DNA of 64,000 bases from the human T2T-CHM13v2.0 reference genome, Homo sapiens. The notes beneath the pieces are model-generated. The model was not told the DNA's origin and ran no database searches. It worked only from the letters and a program-made list of their open reading frames with translations. This document shows, piece after piece, positions 46,487-62,146 of this stretch. The stretch lies in the NCBI RefSeq assembly GCF_009914755.1, contig NC_060929.1; one strand, given 5' to 3'. Positions within the stretch are counted from its first letter, which is position 1, and each line of letters starts with the position of its first letter. Made by a program: the position numbers and the translations under genes.

Positions 46487-46614
46487 TTTTTTTTTATAGA
46501 GATGAAGTCATTTTATGTTGCCCAGGCTGGCCTCAAACTCCTAGGCTCAAACAATCCTTCTACCTCAGATTCCCGAGTAGCTGGGACTACAGGTGGATGC
46601 TGTCAGACCCGGCT
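46487..46614 (-). mobile_element. Alu monomer (FLAM-like)
   Basis: ~130-bp antisense arm. Confidence 0.85.
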
Positions 46615-46632
46615 TTGAGGAAAGTATGATTC

Positions 46633-47249
<617 letters not shown>

Positions 47250-48003
47250 CAAAAGTATGATTCTTAACAGACAACTGTGTTGTAAGAATTATTCCACTAA
47301 AAGGTGGCAGAAAAAAATTAGAGTCATATTTTGAAATTAAAAACATATAAGCTGTAAAACGTGGGAGAGAAGAGGAGGAAAACTCTTCAAAAACATCTTT
47401 TATCAGATTTTTAAAATCAGATTTTTATCATAAGTATAATCTTTAAAGGAGAAATTCAAATTCAATGGAAATAACACAAGAATATTACTTTATACAATAT
47501 CCTCTAGTAACTATCTGTATAAGAATGAAGAATTAATCATTGATAGCTCTCCCACAACACTAGCAAATTTATTTGGGTATGCTTTGGGCCACACCCTCCC
47601 AAAGAACTGCAGTTTTAATATATTCTACGACTTCACTAAATATGTTCTTTCAGTTCATTCCAGACATGAATTTGTTCTTTCCACTGCTGCTCATGAATGC
47701 TCAGATGCCAGCAATGATGAAAGAAGTAAGTTTTATAATAGTAAAAGAAAACAAAGTAGTGAAGCATCTTTTATGAAAGATAAACAAATGCATTAGTTAA
47801 ACCTGTGTTTCTGCATCACTGAACCAGGCAAAGACAGAAATTTAACTGGATCCAAATGGGATAAGGAAGACTTCTAAAGGATTTAATAATGAGGACAGAG
47901 AACTCATAAAAGGAAACAACCAAAAACAAAACATTCAGAAGAAGTCAAAGTCAGAGTTGAAACGAATCAATGAAGTAGCATCTGAATTTACTTAGATTTA
48001 AAG

Positions 48004-48124
48004 GTAAAGTAACAATATAATTTATCATCCAAACTGGAACACCAAGAGACTGTTAATAATTATGATGGGACAACAGGTGTAAGCCAGAGCTGTCCCAGGA
48101 AAATCAGGACATATGGTCATCCTA
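48004..48124 (+). mobile_element. MER94-like hAT-Blackjack MITE
   Basis: ataatttatcatccaaac...taataatta...gggacaacagg...ggacatatggtcatccta. Confidence 0.65.
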
Positions 48125-48574
48125 TTTCATAGGCTGCTGCTTCACTGATGATGAAAATCAGTGCATACTGAAATATGAATGTAGCCAAAGTGCTGGCATT
48201 AGTGAGCATCTCTGAAGTGCCAGGCGCTCCTATGGTCTGGGTGTAGTGGTGAGCAGATCGGCCCTCAGGGAGCTTACAGTCTAGTTATTGTGGGCATGAG
48301 CTTCCGAGGGTCTCCTAAAAAACCTCTGAAAATAGATAAAATTATGATCCAAATGATGTATGTCTCTTTAAACCTGATGGCATGCAAAACACTGTAATAG
48401 GTCCTAAGAGAGATACAAAGAAGTCCAGACAAGGCCTCTTTCTTAAGAGGTTTATAATGTACTTAGGGAAAGAAGACCATGTGTAAAAAGTTAAATTTCC
48501 ATGTAAGGCTTAAATATTAATTTGAGGTAGCTGTGGAAGAAATGTCACAAGATAGTGTATAATTAATTGACCAA

Positions 48575-48880
48575 TTATTTATTTATTTATTTTTTTTAGA
48601 GACAGAGTCTTGCTCTATTGCCCAGACTGGAATGCAATGATGCAATCATAGCTCACTGGAGGCTGAAATGCCTGGGCTCAAGTGATCCTCCCACCTCAAC
48701 CTCCTGGGTAGCTAAGACTACAAGTGTCTGCTACCACAGCCGGCTAATTTTTAAATTTTTTGTAGAGATGGGGTCTCATTGTTTTGCCTGGGCTGGTATC
48801 AAACTCCTGGCCTCAAGGGATCCTCCTGCCTTGGCCTCCCAAAGTACTAGGATTACAGACGTGAGCCAGCACACTCGACC
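48575..48880 (-). mobile_element. Alu (AluJ)
   Basis: Antisense diverged dimer. Confidence 0.93.
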
Positions 48881-49261
48881 AAAAAAATTAATTTTAAAGA
48901 AGTCATGACAGTTACTAGAAAAAGAAGTCCTTAAGTCAAGTGTGGCAGTTGAGGCTTTATGGAGAAGCATCTGTCCTGATCTAGATCAGGTGGGATTTGG
49001 GTAGATGGAGAAGAGAAGGAGGGAGAGACGGGATGTGAGAACCTAAGCTCAGAGGTAGGAGCATGTTGGGTATATTTGAAGGACTCCAAATCAACCAGCT
49101 TGTAGAGACAGGGCTGAAAAGATGGTTGCGTCTTAGAAACAGTTTCCTCAAAAGATTTTGTTACCTTCTTAAAAGCCTCAGTAGAAGCAGTAGAACCACC
49201 ACCACCACAGCTTTCGTTTGTGATGGGCGATGGATTATGCAAATACCTGGAAGTGTCCTAC

Positions 49262-49345
49262 CTTTTCCACAGTGCTGGTAACCTCCCAACCCCTTTTGGC
49301 TGCCAGTTTTTTGAGGGCCTCCACATTGCTGTCACTCAGGGATGC
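49262..49345 (-). CDS. ACOT12: ACOT12 exon 11
   Basis: ctag|GCA TCC...GAA AAG|gtagga; ASLSDSNVEALKKLAAKRGWEVTSTVEK; 84 nt. Confidence 0.95.
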
Positions 49346-49489
49346 CTAGAATAGAAATATTATATTTTTAAAGCTATGTGTTCAATACATGGATGTGTGA
49401 TCATATATTTTCTGCTTAAAAAATGGGCACTGTTGGAGGAGGTATGTGTTGAGTCCTAGTGATAATGTTGAGTTTAGAACTAAACTACA

Positions 49490-49851
49490 GGCCAGGTGAA
49501 GTGGCTCATGCCTGTAGTCCCAGCACTTTGGGAGGCCAAGGCAGGCAGATCACTTGAGGATAGGAGCTTGAGACCAGCCTGGCCAACATGGTGAAACCCC
49601 ATTTCTACGAAAAATACAAAAATTAGCCGGGTGTTGTAGTGCAAACTTGTAATCCCAGCTACTTGGAGGCTGAGGCAGAAGAATCGCTTGAACCCGCCAC
49701 CGGGAGGCGGAGGTTGCAGTGAGCCAAGATTGCGCCACTGCACTCCAGCCTGGGCGACAGAGTGAGACTCTGTCTCAAAAAAATACCAAAAAAAAACCCA
49801 ACAAAAACAAAAACAAAAGCAAAAACGAAAAAAAAACAAACAAAAGTAAAA
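49490..49851 (+). mobile_element. Alu (AluS) with long mixed A tail
   Basis: TSD agaactaa(a/g)ctaca at 49476-49489 and 49852-49865. Confidence 0.95.
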
Positions 49852-50407
49852 AGAACTAAGCTACAGGTAACATATACTTTTTATCTTGAACCCTTAATTC
49901 AGAATTCAGACAAAGTAACTGTATACTTAACAACTGCGTATCATTTTAGTATCATTTTAGTTGGTGTCCTGAGCAAAGACAGACTACCTTTCAGTATGAC
50001 TGATAATCAATGTGTAATAAGTAAACTTGGATTTCTCTTTACATTTAATGGTTAAAAATATTCAAATGACTACTACTTTGTTATTGTTTTTATAAAAATG
50101 CAAGCTGGTGGGCACAAGTCACGGTGAGATACCAGGTGGCACTGTGCCATGCTTCTGGAACATATCTGATGGCAGAGCATCCTGAGTCTGCAGTTTGGGA
50201 ACTGTAAGAAGTCAAACAAGGCTAAACTGCCGATTGGTAAGCAGTAACTGATAGCCTGGTTTTGTTTCATCTTGACATGACTGGCTGATATAATCCACCT
50301 TTTCACATAGCCTGCGTAGGCACAGCCTAGGCCAGTTAGGCAAGCGGATTTCCATTTTTGTAATGATGAGACTTTTATATGAAGAGCTCCAAATCACAAA
50401 ACATCAC

Positions 50408-50471
50408 CTGCTTGCTGATATCCCAGTGTATGCAAAGTGGAACCTCTTCTTTGTGGGAAATAACATATTTT
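50408..50471 (-). CDS. ACOT12: ACOT12 exon 10
   Basis: ccag|A AAA TAT...AAG CAG|gtgatg; KYVISHKEEVPLCIHWDISKQ; 64 nt. Confidence 0.95.
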
Positions 50472-50749
50472 CTGGAAAAAAAAATTAAAGTGTTAAATGA
50501 CAGTTTTTTTCTCTGCATTTAGCACACAACAATAACCATAATACTTTCTTGAACTTCTATCAGCCATGGATATCAGTGGAACAACGTGGAAGAACTATTT
50601 CCATAAGTCAGTAGTCAGCCTTTGCGGCCAGGAAACATCAGACCTTCTCTTTTTCCGTTACGTGGGAATAGAGACCCAGAGGGGGGCTCTTATATAATTT
50701 GTCAGATTAACGAAGACTCCATAAAATCATTACACCTTATGTTCCTTAC

Positions 50750-50805
50750 CTGCCTAGGCGAATTCGCTTGCGTGCAATAGCTCCCCGATAGCGTCTGAAA
50801 TCATC
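50750..50805 (-). CDS. ACOT12: ACOT12 exon 9
   Basis: aaag|GAT GAT TTC...GGC AG|gtaagg; DDFRRYRGAIARKRIRLG; 56 nt. Confidence 0.95.
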
Positions 50806-51438
50806 CTTTAATCAAAAACAAAGTAAAATCAATAAAATAAAATAAAATATCTACTATCTTAGTGCTATAATCCTTAAGTATCCTTCTCCTAAATCAGTCA
50901 AAAGGGCTAACTGAGATGTGGTGTCTCTCCATGAACTGACTTCATCAAGTCAGAGTCTCTGTGCTGAATCCACAAAGGGCAGTTGCACTGACAAAGGTGC
51001 AATCTTTGCAGCTATTTTCTTCCTTTTCTCAAAAGTGGAGATTATTAACATTCCTGTTACCAGAATTATACTTAATTCTCACTACAGAGTTTTTAGAAAA
51101 AATTAACATTGGCAATCAGGTAATTTAGGGATGAGGGAAAGATATGGTTTCCATGAACCTGGCACGTGGCACAGCATCAAGAGCTAGAGTTAAGGAAGTG
51201 AGAGAAGAGACCCAGAAACAGGACATAGAAGGTGACATCCTACCCACAGCAGTGTGTAGCCCGGTAGAGGTGAGGTCTTCAGGGCTTCCATCATTTGAAC
51301 AAATGATCAGAGTGATCGGGGGGAAAAGGAAAAGAAAAAAGCCCACTTCACTTTGTGATGCTGAAAAGAGGGAAAACCAAAGGGAAAGAGCCAAAGAGGT
51401 TGTTGCCGGTGGGAGGAGATTCTAGGTAGAGCTCTCTA

Positions 51439-51771
<333 letters not shown>

Positions 51772-52154
51772 TTATCAGCAAACCTGTGCAACTATTAAAA
51801 TCCATTTTCAGGTCAATGGGCTGCTTTTTACAAGCCCCTAAGAGCATTTCCATTTTACTTCCCCACTTTCAAGTGGGAAAAAGGCCAGGAAGGGCTTTAT
51901 ATACATTCAAGAACATATTTTGGCAATGTGGGGGAGGGCTTAAATTATGCCAAAGTTAAGTTTTCTTCCCTAAAAACAATAATTCTGTAATTAAAAAATA
52001 AACACTGAAATTAGACAGGAAACACAGATATTCATTTTTACATTTAAAAAGAAAATAATACTAAATCAAATCTTTTCATTGTGTATCAAGAATAATAAAA
52101 ATAACTGGGAAGTGGTTTGGATTTCATGGTGGTAATACCAGGTCCATTATGAGT

Positions 52155-52263
52155 TGATTGACCATCTAGTCACTGGGACTGAAAGGAAAAGTTAATAATT
52201 ATGCAGGGATGACAGGTACAAACCAGGTCCTACTTGGGCCAATTGGGACATACGGCTACCCTT
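52155..52263 (+). mobile_element. Second MER94-like MITE
   Basis: ttaataattatgcagggatgacagg...gggacatacggctaccct, similar to 48004-48124. Confidence 0.55.
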
Positions 52264-52473
52264 ATAAGACAAAAACCAGTCCTTCACAATTTACTAATTG
52301 TGAAAAGGCCCCAAGCAGAACAAAGGGTTAAAAATATGTTCATGGATTTTGAAAATTGCATGAAAAAAATGGAATTTCACTAAAGTAGTTCCCATACTCA
52401 CCTCCAGGCTGAAATTAAAAATTACATTTGTGCAAGTTTAAATTTCTTCATAGCAGCCTAAGGGCTCACTTTA

Positions 52474-52638
<165 letters not shown>

Positions 52639-53720
52639 TCATTCATCGAACAAATGCACAGACAAGTCTTCAAATAAGCATTTCTTTAAATTTGACTGAA
52701 ATAAATAACTGGATTATGTGGGTTGAGGGTAGGTCTGCACGCTACCTGCCAATATTTTGGGAAATACCATGTCCCCGAGCAGTGGGGTCTTTACCCAGAT
52801 GTTGATGCTTCTACTCCTTTGGTAACAGTCCTACTCTTGTCTCGTTTCCTGTGGAAGTCCCTTGGAACAACAAACCAATGCTTTTTGTTCTAATCTGAAT
52901 TACAGTCATCCTGATAGCTCATGACTGTAGTCCCAAGAAGTTCTGATCCAGGTTGGAGTGGGGTCCAAGTGAAGGCAGGTGTCCTTACACAATTCCTCAG
53001 CTTTACAGTTAATCAAATTCACCCACAGATCAAAAGATAAGTTTTTTCCCCTCACAGAAAAATTACCTGGATTGCTACATAAAGCCTGAAAGGCTAGGAG
53101 ATACACATTTTATAATTTTTGTGTGTATGACACTTTGAAATAATTATATATAATATTTAATTTCAGAAAGTTACTTCCATAATTTTCTACATTTTAGATT
53201 CCCAGTCATCATTCAATTACTCTGTGCCAACACCAAGCGAACAGATGCTGCCATAAGCCTTTACAATAGAACATGTTCAATTGCTTTACTGTCACTAAGA
53301 ATGACAATCTCATTTTAAAAACAAGCTCTCTTATTTGTGCATAATTTTTAGAAAGGATAACTACTGGTTTGTAACTATAGTCATAACTATAGACATATTA
53401 ATAATAAAATTATTTTAATTTGAGGGAAATACAACCTTAAAAATTTTCAATGGTTATGAAAATTGTCAGAAGGGCAGATCCTATTCAAATGCATTTACAG
53501 GGTACAGAGTGTTCCCTAAAACTGCTCAATTACCTACATCTTTCCATTAAGAATAAAATAACCTTTTTGAAATTGAGGAGTCTTTAAAAGTATTCTAAAT
53601 ATTCTCTTCTTTCTTTTCCTATTTTTCAATTATTTCTTTGGCCATAATTATTTTTAACCAGCACCTTTAAAGGTCAGACCTAACTGTAAATTGTCTTTAA
53701 AAAGGTTTGTAACTAACTGA

Positions 53721-54000
<280 letters not shown>

Positions 54001-54338
54001 TAGACTGATTATTTTTAAGTGTGAAGCCTGTCTTCTATTTCTGTTCTGCATTTACTTTGTCATAAGCTATCAAGACAATGAGTTGCAGTTTCATAAGATC
54101 AATATTCATAATTCAGAATAAAGTATTAAAACTGTCATCTCATTTTTATTTTTGAACCAAAATATTTAAACATTCACCTTCAAACAAAAGGACAGATTAA
54201 TCCTAAAGTAAGAAAGTAAATGATTTAGAAATCATTATAAAAGGCAACATTTTCCTCAGTCCTTTCCTTGACTTCTTGACTATCCCAAGAACTGGATCTC
54301 AGTCCCTTTCTACTTTCTCCTCACTGGTCCCAAAATCA

Positions 54339-54602
<264 letters not shown>

Positions 54603-54799
54603 TCAACTCGGATTTATAGAAAAATTAAAGTGTTCTCAAAGCCTTAAGACTGAGAAAATTGACAGGTTCTACAGAGTGACTCTTATCTTAATGGTGAATA
54701 TTTGCAATGAATTGGGTTAAGATAATCAGAAAGGGCCTTTTAGAGATTGTATTCTAGCCTATAAAATAAGTCTATTGGAATTTTGACTAAAAGAATGGT

Positions 54800-55452
<653 letters not shown>

Positions 55453-55859
55453 TTTCTGCTTCTTTTGAATCATATCTGCTCCGTTTACTAACAAATTGGT
55501 TTTTACTCTTAACAATGGAAAAATCATTTACTCTGGCTGCAAAGCAGTAAAATGTATTCAATTATGCTTTTTGCATCACGAAGTGAACCACCGGCTAGGT
55601 TTCCATCTCACATGCTATTGTTGGGAAGGAGGGGGAAAGGATTTACAAACTGGGACACCATCGTGGCTGTACTGTCAGAGGCAGAGCTGAGCTTGCAGTG
55701 TGAGAGGGAAGATATGCCCAGCAACTGTTGCTGCTCTCGGCATAGTCACATCTGGTGATCCAGAAGGGTAGTCACAGAAACCCTTAATTCCACTTCCTAA
55801 TGTAATTTTTAGATTTATAATTAATTGATGATCTCTTTTATTTTTTCTTATTTCCAGTG

Positions 55860-56370
55860 ATCGTTTCAGTCCCCAGCTTAAAACAAGTCAGTAGCTACCC
55901 ATTGTTCTCGTATAAAACCCCAAATCCTTCCCATGGCCTGCAAGCCCTGCATTCCTGGTCTGGCCTCACTCTCCCTCTCCCTTTGCTCCAGCCACGCTGG
56001 TCTTTTTTCACTTCCTCTGAGGAAGTATTACCTTCAACAACAGGGCATTTGTCACATCCCTGCTGTCTACGGCAATCCCCCTGGCCACCATCACCTGTGT
56101 CTTCAATTTCACTCATACTCTGTGGCCCCCCCTTGGTCATTACTTCCTCAGTGGAGCCTTCTCTGACCTCCACAGCTCAGCCCCACCTTCAGGGTCTCTT
56201 GAAGGATCTTTCTTTCATGGCTATAGTTTTATGTTATTTGTGTGCCCTTTTATTATGTGACCCACTAGATCCTAAGCTTTTTGGTGCAGGGACTATGGAT
56301 TTTTAAAATTCTCATATAATTCCTGAACATAGGTGCTCAATAAATATTTATTAAATGAAATGAATGAATA
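55860..56370 (+). mobile_element. L2 3' end
   Basis: Ends taggtgctcaataaatatttattaaatgaaatgaatgaa. Confidence 0.75.
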
Positions 56371-56449
56371 AACTTAACTTAGCTGATTTCCTTAACATTC
56401 ATAGTCCTTACTCTCAACAGAATATTTTTAGGTAATAAAATAGTTGTAC

Positions 56450-57200
56450 TGACACTTCTGTCTGCTGTTGATGAGAGTCCCCACTGGTCCCCATTTTTGC
56501 TTAGAAGTATCAGACACTCAACTATTTCCAGTTTGGTGGGTGTGGAAGAGTATCTCACGTTGGTTATAATTTGCATTTTCCTGATTACTAATGAGTTCCA
56601 ACATCTTTTTACATGTATATTAAGTATTCTTGTCACCTCTTCATGAAATGTCTCTTTATATCATTTGCTTCAAATATTGCTTGTCTCATTTCCGGAGAAT
56701 TTTTTTGCATGTTAGACATTTCTCTCCATTCTTCATGTTTCCTAACCTCCCTTACATGTTCCCCATCTCTTTGTCTATCTGGCTGCATTCTAGTTAACTC
56801 TTTCAGATCTATCTTCCAGTTCCTTGTCTTATCTGCTGTTTCATTCATTCACTGAGTTTCAAATTTTAATTATTATATATTCTTTTTTATAGAAATCGTC
56901 TTTGTTTCTTTGTTAAACCTTCTAGGTTATCTTTTTTGTTGTTGTTGTTCTTGCATTATACTCTTGATACTCTTTTATTTCTTAAAACATATTAAGCCTC
57001 TTCATCTTACTTGATAAATTCATTATCTGCTGTCTTTGTGGGCCTCGTTCAGACTTTGTGGGGCCTGGTGTCACTTCCAGATCTTGAAGCCTTGCTTTAT
57101 TTCTATCTTTTATGATTTTTCACTAGGATCTCATATTGCTTGGATCTTTTTCTGTGGAAATTCTTGGGAGCTGGCTTTAAAGTCATTTCTTCACAAAGGA
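56450..57200 (-). mobile_element. Degenerate L1M fragments
   Basis: ORF 56379-56636 gives an L1 ORF2-like remnant (SLVIRKMQI...RY). Confidence 0.6.
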
Positions 57201-57924
57201 GCTGCATTTGCAGCTGCAGATCCCCTGGGGTCCTACAACACAGCACCACTTTACACTAAAGTTTACTTGTTCTGTTTTAGCCCAGACAGGTCATGTGACT
57301 TCTGAGGATCCAAATCTTCATGAGGATGCACTTGTGATTGAATTCTGAAAGGGAGAGAATTTTTTTTCCCATTCCACCTAAGGCTAAGGCTCTCTGGAGG
57401 GTGGAATTTTTCTGGTTGACTCACTGAGGGAATCACCTTTTGGAGGTTCCAGCACCAAGGAAGGTTCCCTGATCCAACCTTCTCCCTCACATGGACGCCT
57501 GGTTTTGTCTCCTGAGCCCAAGCAGGCCCACCTGCTGGGTCCTCCAGGACAAATGCCAGCCCCCATGCTTCCTTGCACTGCGGCATTTGTGTTTTCTCAC
57601 CATTTCTGGACTTCAAAGTTTTCTCTTATTTTTCTGCCTGCTGAGATGTGTTTGCAAAGATGTTTGTAAATATTTTTCCAGAAATTTTTGGTTTTACCCA
57701 ACAATGAATCCACTATATTGCTAGAATCAAAATGGAATCACTTTCTAAAGTGATCTTTGAAAGAAATACACAATCTTAATCCCTTTCAATTTCTCTCTCT
57801 TTCTAAAATTGATTTTATTTGAAGATGTTTTATACATATCCCAAACTAGTATTTATTGAGGTTGTTTTCAGGCTAATGTTACTTACTCAAATGGCACATT
57901 TTTTGTTTAAAATAAATTAATACA

Positions 57925-59470
57925 ATTATCTGACTTCAAATTATGCTACAGAGTTGTAGTAAGCAAAACAGCCAGGCACTGGCATAAAAACAGACACATA
58001 GACCAATGGAACAGAACTGGGAACCCAGAAACAGATTCACACACCCACAGTGAACTCATATTTGACAAAGGTGCCAAGAACATACATTGGGGAAAGGACA
58101 ATCTCTTCAATAAATGGTGCTGGGAAAACTGGATACTCATATGCAGAAGAATGAAACTAGACCACTATCTCTTACCATACACAAAAATCAAATCAAAATG
58201 GATGAAAGGCTTAAATCTAAGACCTCAAACTATAAAACCATTATAGGAAAACATCAGGGAAACTCTCCAGGACATTGGTCTGGACAAAAATTTATTGAGC
58301 AGTACCCCACAAGCACAGGTAACCAAAGCAAAAATCAACAAACGGAATCACATCAAGTTAAAAAGCATCTGCACAGCAAAGAAAACAATCAACAAAGTGA
58401 AGAGACAACCCACAGAATGGGAGAAAATATTTGAAAGCTATCCATCTGATAAGTGATTAATAACCAGAATATATAAGGAGCTTAAACAGCACTATAGGAA
58501 AAAAATCTAATAATCTGATTAAAAAATGGGCCAAAGATTTGAATAGACATTTCTCAAAAGAAGACATGCAAATGGCAAACAGGCATATAAAAAGGTATCG
58601 ACATCACTGATCATCAGAGAAATGCAAATCAAAACTACAATGAGGTATCATCTCACCTCAGTTAAAATGCCTTTTATCCCAAAGACAGGCAATAACCAGT
58701 GCTGGTAAGGATGTGGAGAAAAGGGAACCTTCATACACTGTTGGTGGGAATGTAAATTAGTACAACCCCTATGAAGAACAGTTTGGAGGTTCCTCAAAAG
58801 ACTAAAAACAGAACTATCATCAGATCCAGCAATCCCATTGCTGGGTATACACCCAAAAGAAAGGAAATCAGGATACTGAAGAGATATATGCATTCCCATG
58901 TTTGTTGCAGCCCTGTTCACAATAGCTAAAATTTGGAAGCAACCTAAGTGTCTATCAACAGATGAATGAATAAAGAAAATATGATACATATACACAACAG
59001 AATACTATTCAGCCATAAAAAAGAATGAGATCCTGTCATCCGCAACAACATGGATGGAACTGGAGATCATTATAAGTGAAATAAGGCACAGAAAGACAAA
59101 CGACAAACATTGCATGTTTTCACTTATTTGTGGGAGCTAAAAATCAAAACAATTGAACTCATGGAGATAGCAGAAGCATGCTTATGAGAGGCTGGGAAGG
59201 GTAGTGGGAGGGTGGGGATGGTTAATGGGTACAAAAATATAGTTAGAAAGAATGAATAAGACCTAGTGTTTGACAGCACAACAGGGTGACTACAGTCAAT
59301 AATAATTTAATTATATATTTAAAAATAACGAGTATCATTGGATTGTTTGTCACACTTGAAGGAGTGGATACCCCATTTTACATGATGTGATTATTGCACA
59401 TTTGTATGCTTGTATCACAGTATTTCATGTATCCCATAAATATATACACCTACTGTGTACCCACAGAAAT
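57925..59470 (+). mobile_element. LINE-1 3' portion (L1MA-like), degenerate
   Basis: Continuous ORF2 C-terminal and 3' UTR motifs (gacttcaaatta...agaccaatggaacaga...cagcacaacagggtgactacagtcaataataattta...tacccacagaaatt). Confidence 0.92.
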
Positions 59471-60075
59471 TGAAGTGTGTGTGATAGTGACGGTCTCTGA
59501 AGGTGGGAAGTGAGACGGTAGGCAGACTTACTTTTTAACTATATGCCTTTTTATGCGTTTTGCATTTTTTACCCTGTGCATGTACTATCTCTTTAAAAAT
59601 AGTTTTTAGATAATTATAAATAAAAAATTAAGAGAAGGCCTTATGAGAGACATTGTAAAGACTCAAATATAAAGCAGCTCCTTCTTTTCTGAGGGATAAC
59701 TTTAAAGAGAAACCACATACTTCCTATGAAGACATATACAGTATATACTGGAACCTGTAGAGGGAGGTGCTAGGTGAGATTATACGTGCACCAGCATCAG
59801 CTATGATACGTATGCAGAAATATATTGAGTTAGATGACTTTGGTGCAGAAGTTTGCTTATTTGGAGTTAATTTACAACCAACGAAAAAAATAGGGTTTTC
59901 CCAGGTTCAGAGAGCAATTCAGGCTCGCAGTTCTGGTTTGGGTTAAGTAAACAGAACTCACCCTTTCTGCTGGCTTTGAGTGATCAAGTTCAATACGTGT
60001 ACTTTGGATGTTCTTAAAGTACTGTGTCATCAACCTGCTTTGACAACTTTACATTCACTCTACATTTGTAGATCA

Positions 60076-60100
60076 GGAACTTTGACCTGAATTGAGGTCA
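60076..60100. promoter_or_regulatory. Candidate composite nuclear-receptor element (DR1 plus ER6)
   Basis: GGAACT-T-TGACCT-GAATTG-AGGTCA. Confidence 0.5.
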
Positions 60101-61294
60101 TGCTAGCCCTAGTTTTCTTTCTGCATATCCAGAAAATTAACCATGATAATGCTCTTAAGATCTGATTTTCTTACTCAAAAATTAAATTAAAATGCTTTCA
60201 AATTTTAAGTTTTTCCCCTATATGTCAAGCTTGCAAATAATGATCCAGTAGTATTTCTGAGATGTGCGTGCTTATACACATTCCAGAAATATCCTGCTTT
60301 TACAAAACTAATCTCATCTCTTTTCTTTTCTTCCGAAAGGATATGATCTGGATTCAATGTTCTCACTGTTCTAATAATATGCATTTCCATCATACAACAT
60401 CTTGAAAAATATTCCAATCTTTTATGTTTGATATTTATAACCAACACAAACCCCTGGTTTTCTAAAAACATGGTACAAGAACAGAGATGGGTTGGTTCTC
60501 TTCTTTTAGAACACACAATGTCCTATCAAAAACCAACTCCATCTGATCTAAGGAGCAGCAGGTGGAGAAATCACATACTACACAGCGGCTTTAAATGTCA
60601 GAGTCTGGCTCTTGCATTCTTTAAGATGAATTGCTTTTAAGTTCTCTGGCACCTTTGCTGGCATGGAAGTTAGTAAAATTTCCAAAAACAAAATCAGATC
60701 AGTGGAATTAGGTTAAAAGTTGTTTTATGTGAAAGGATGTAGAATAAGTTAGGGCAGATTAAACAAAGCAGATGATAAAAGAAGACTTTGAGAAAAATCT
60801 ATAATTTGAAATTGAACTTTGAACTAGACATGTAGATGTAGATCTAATCTGGCCAACTTTGTAACACACTGAAACTCAAGTCAATTGCAATCGTTTTATC
60901 TCTATATTTGAATGACTGTCATGTGTGCCTGTCACTAATTTAGACTATCTCCAGTATTCAAAGTACTGTTAGTGTTGTGCAGACAAATTGTCTGCTGCTG
61001 ATTTCACTTATTAGTGCAACTTGCACAACACCAGAAGAAGCCGGTGCAGCCACCCATGTTTACCTGGCTCTTGTTACCTTGAGGGGGGTGTGAAGACAGC
61101 TTCAGTCACCATCCTAGCAACCCTTCCCAATAGACGAACCCTCGCAAGGGAGCTCAGGGTAGCAGAGATCCCCATTCCTCCAAGATAAAAACATGACAAC
61201 AATTTCCCAGTGTCTAAAGTACAGATTTGACACGAATTATCTCTTTCTTTTATAATTAACTTCTTCCTCAATAATTATTTTTATCAATTATGTC

Positions 61295-61579
61295 TTTTTT
61301 TTTTTATTTTTGAGTCAGAATCTGGCTCTGTGGCCTAGGCTGGACTGCAGTGGTGCAATCTTGGTTCACTGTAAACTCCGCCTCTTGGGTTCAAGCAATT
61401 CTCTTGCCTCAGCCTCCTGAGTAGCTGGGATTACAGTAGTGCACCACCACGCCTGGCTAATTTTTGTATTTTTAGTAGAGACAGGGTTTCACCATGGTCT
61501 CGAACTCCTGATCTCAAGTGATCCGCCTGCCTCAGCCTCCCAAAGTGCTGAGATTATAGGCATAAGCCACCGCCAGGCC
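61295..61579 (-). mobile_element. Alu (AluS) with small deletion
   Basis: Antisense dimer; flanks share atcaat. Confidence 0.93.
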
Positions 61580-61952
61580 TCATCAATCATCTTGATCAGC
61601 CTGGAACCATGACCAAATTTCTCCTAGCCTGAAAAACAATGCCCCTTGACTTTGAGGGTCGCCTGTAGCTCCAGGCTATTTCTTTCATCCTTTACAGCAT
61701 AGTTCCTGAGAAGCATCTGTCTTTAACTCTTGGCTCTAATTCCTCCTGTGGAGGGGACCTCTCAAACAATAATAGAAATGACAGCACTTTCTGCATGCCT
61801 GACACTTTCTATATTAACTCATTTAATGCTCCCATAAACCCATTATGTAAGTACCTTTATTATTCCCATTTTACAGTTCTCGTTTTGTTTATTATTTACC
61901 TTGCTTCGGCAAGCTGAGAAAAGCAAAGTCAGAGGTTTTGGTTATAGACCTG

Positions 61953-62146
61953 TTACAGTACTATTCAGCATAACACAGAAGGACATCCTGTCATTTGCAA
62001 CAACATGGATGGAACTGAGGTCATTATGTCAAGCAAAAGAAGTAGGGCACAGAAAGACAAATATCACATGTTCTCACCTATTTGTGGAATCTAAAAATCA
62101 AAACAATTGAACTCACAAAGATAGAGAGCAGAAGGATGGTTCTGCC
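61953..62146 (+). mobile_element. Short internal L1 fragment (ORF2 end and start of 3' UTR), no poly-A
   Basis: tactattcagc...atcctgtcatttgcaacaacatggatggaactg...aaaatcaaaacaattgaactc; flanked by 27-bp direct repeats. Confidence 0.85.
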
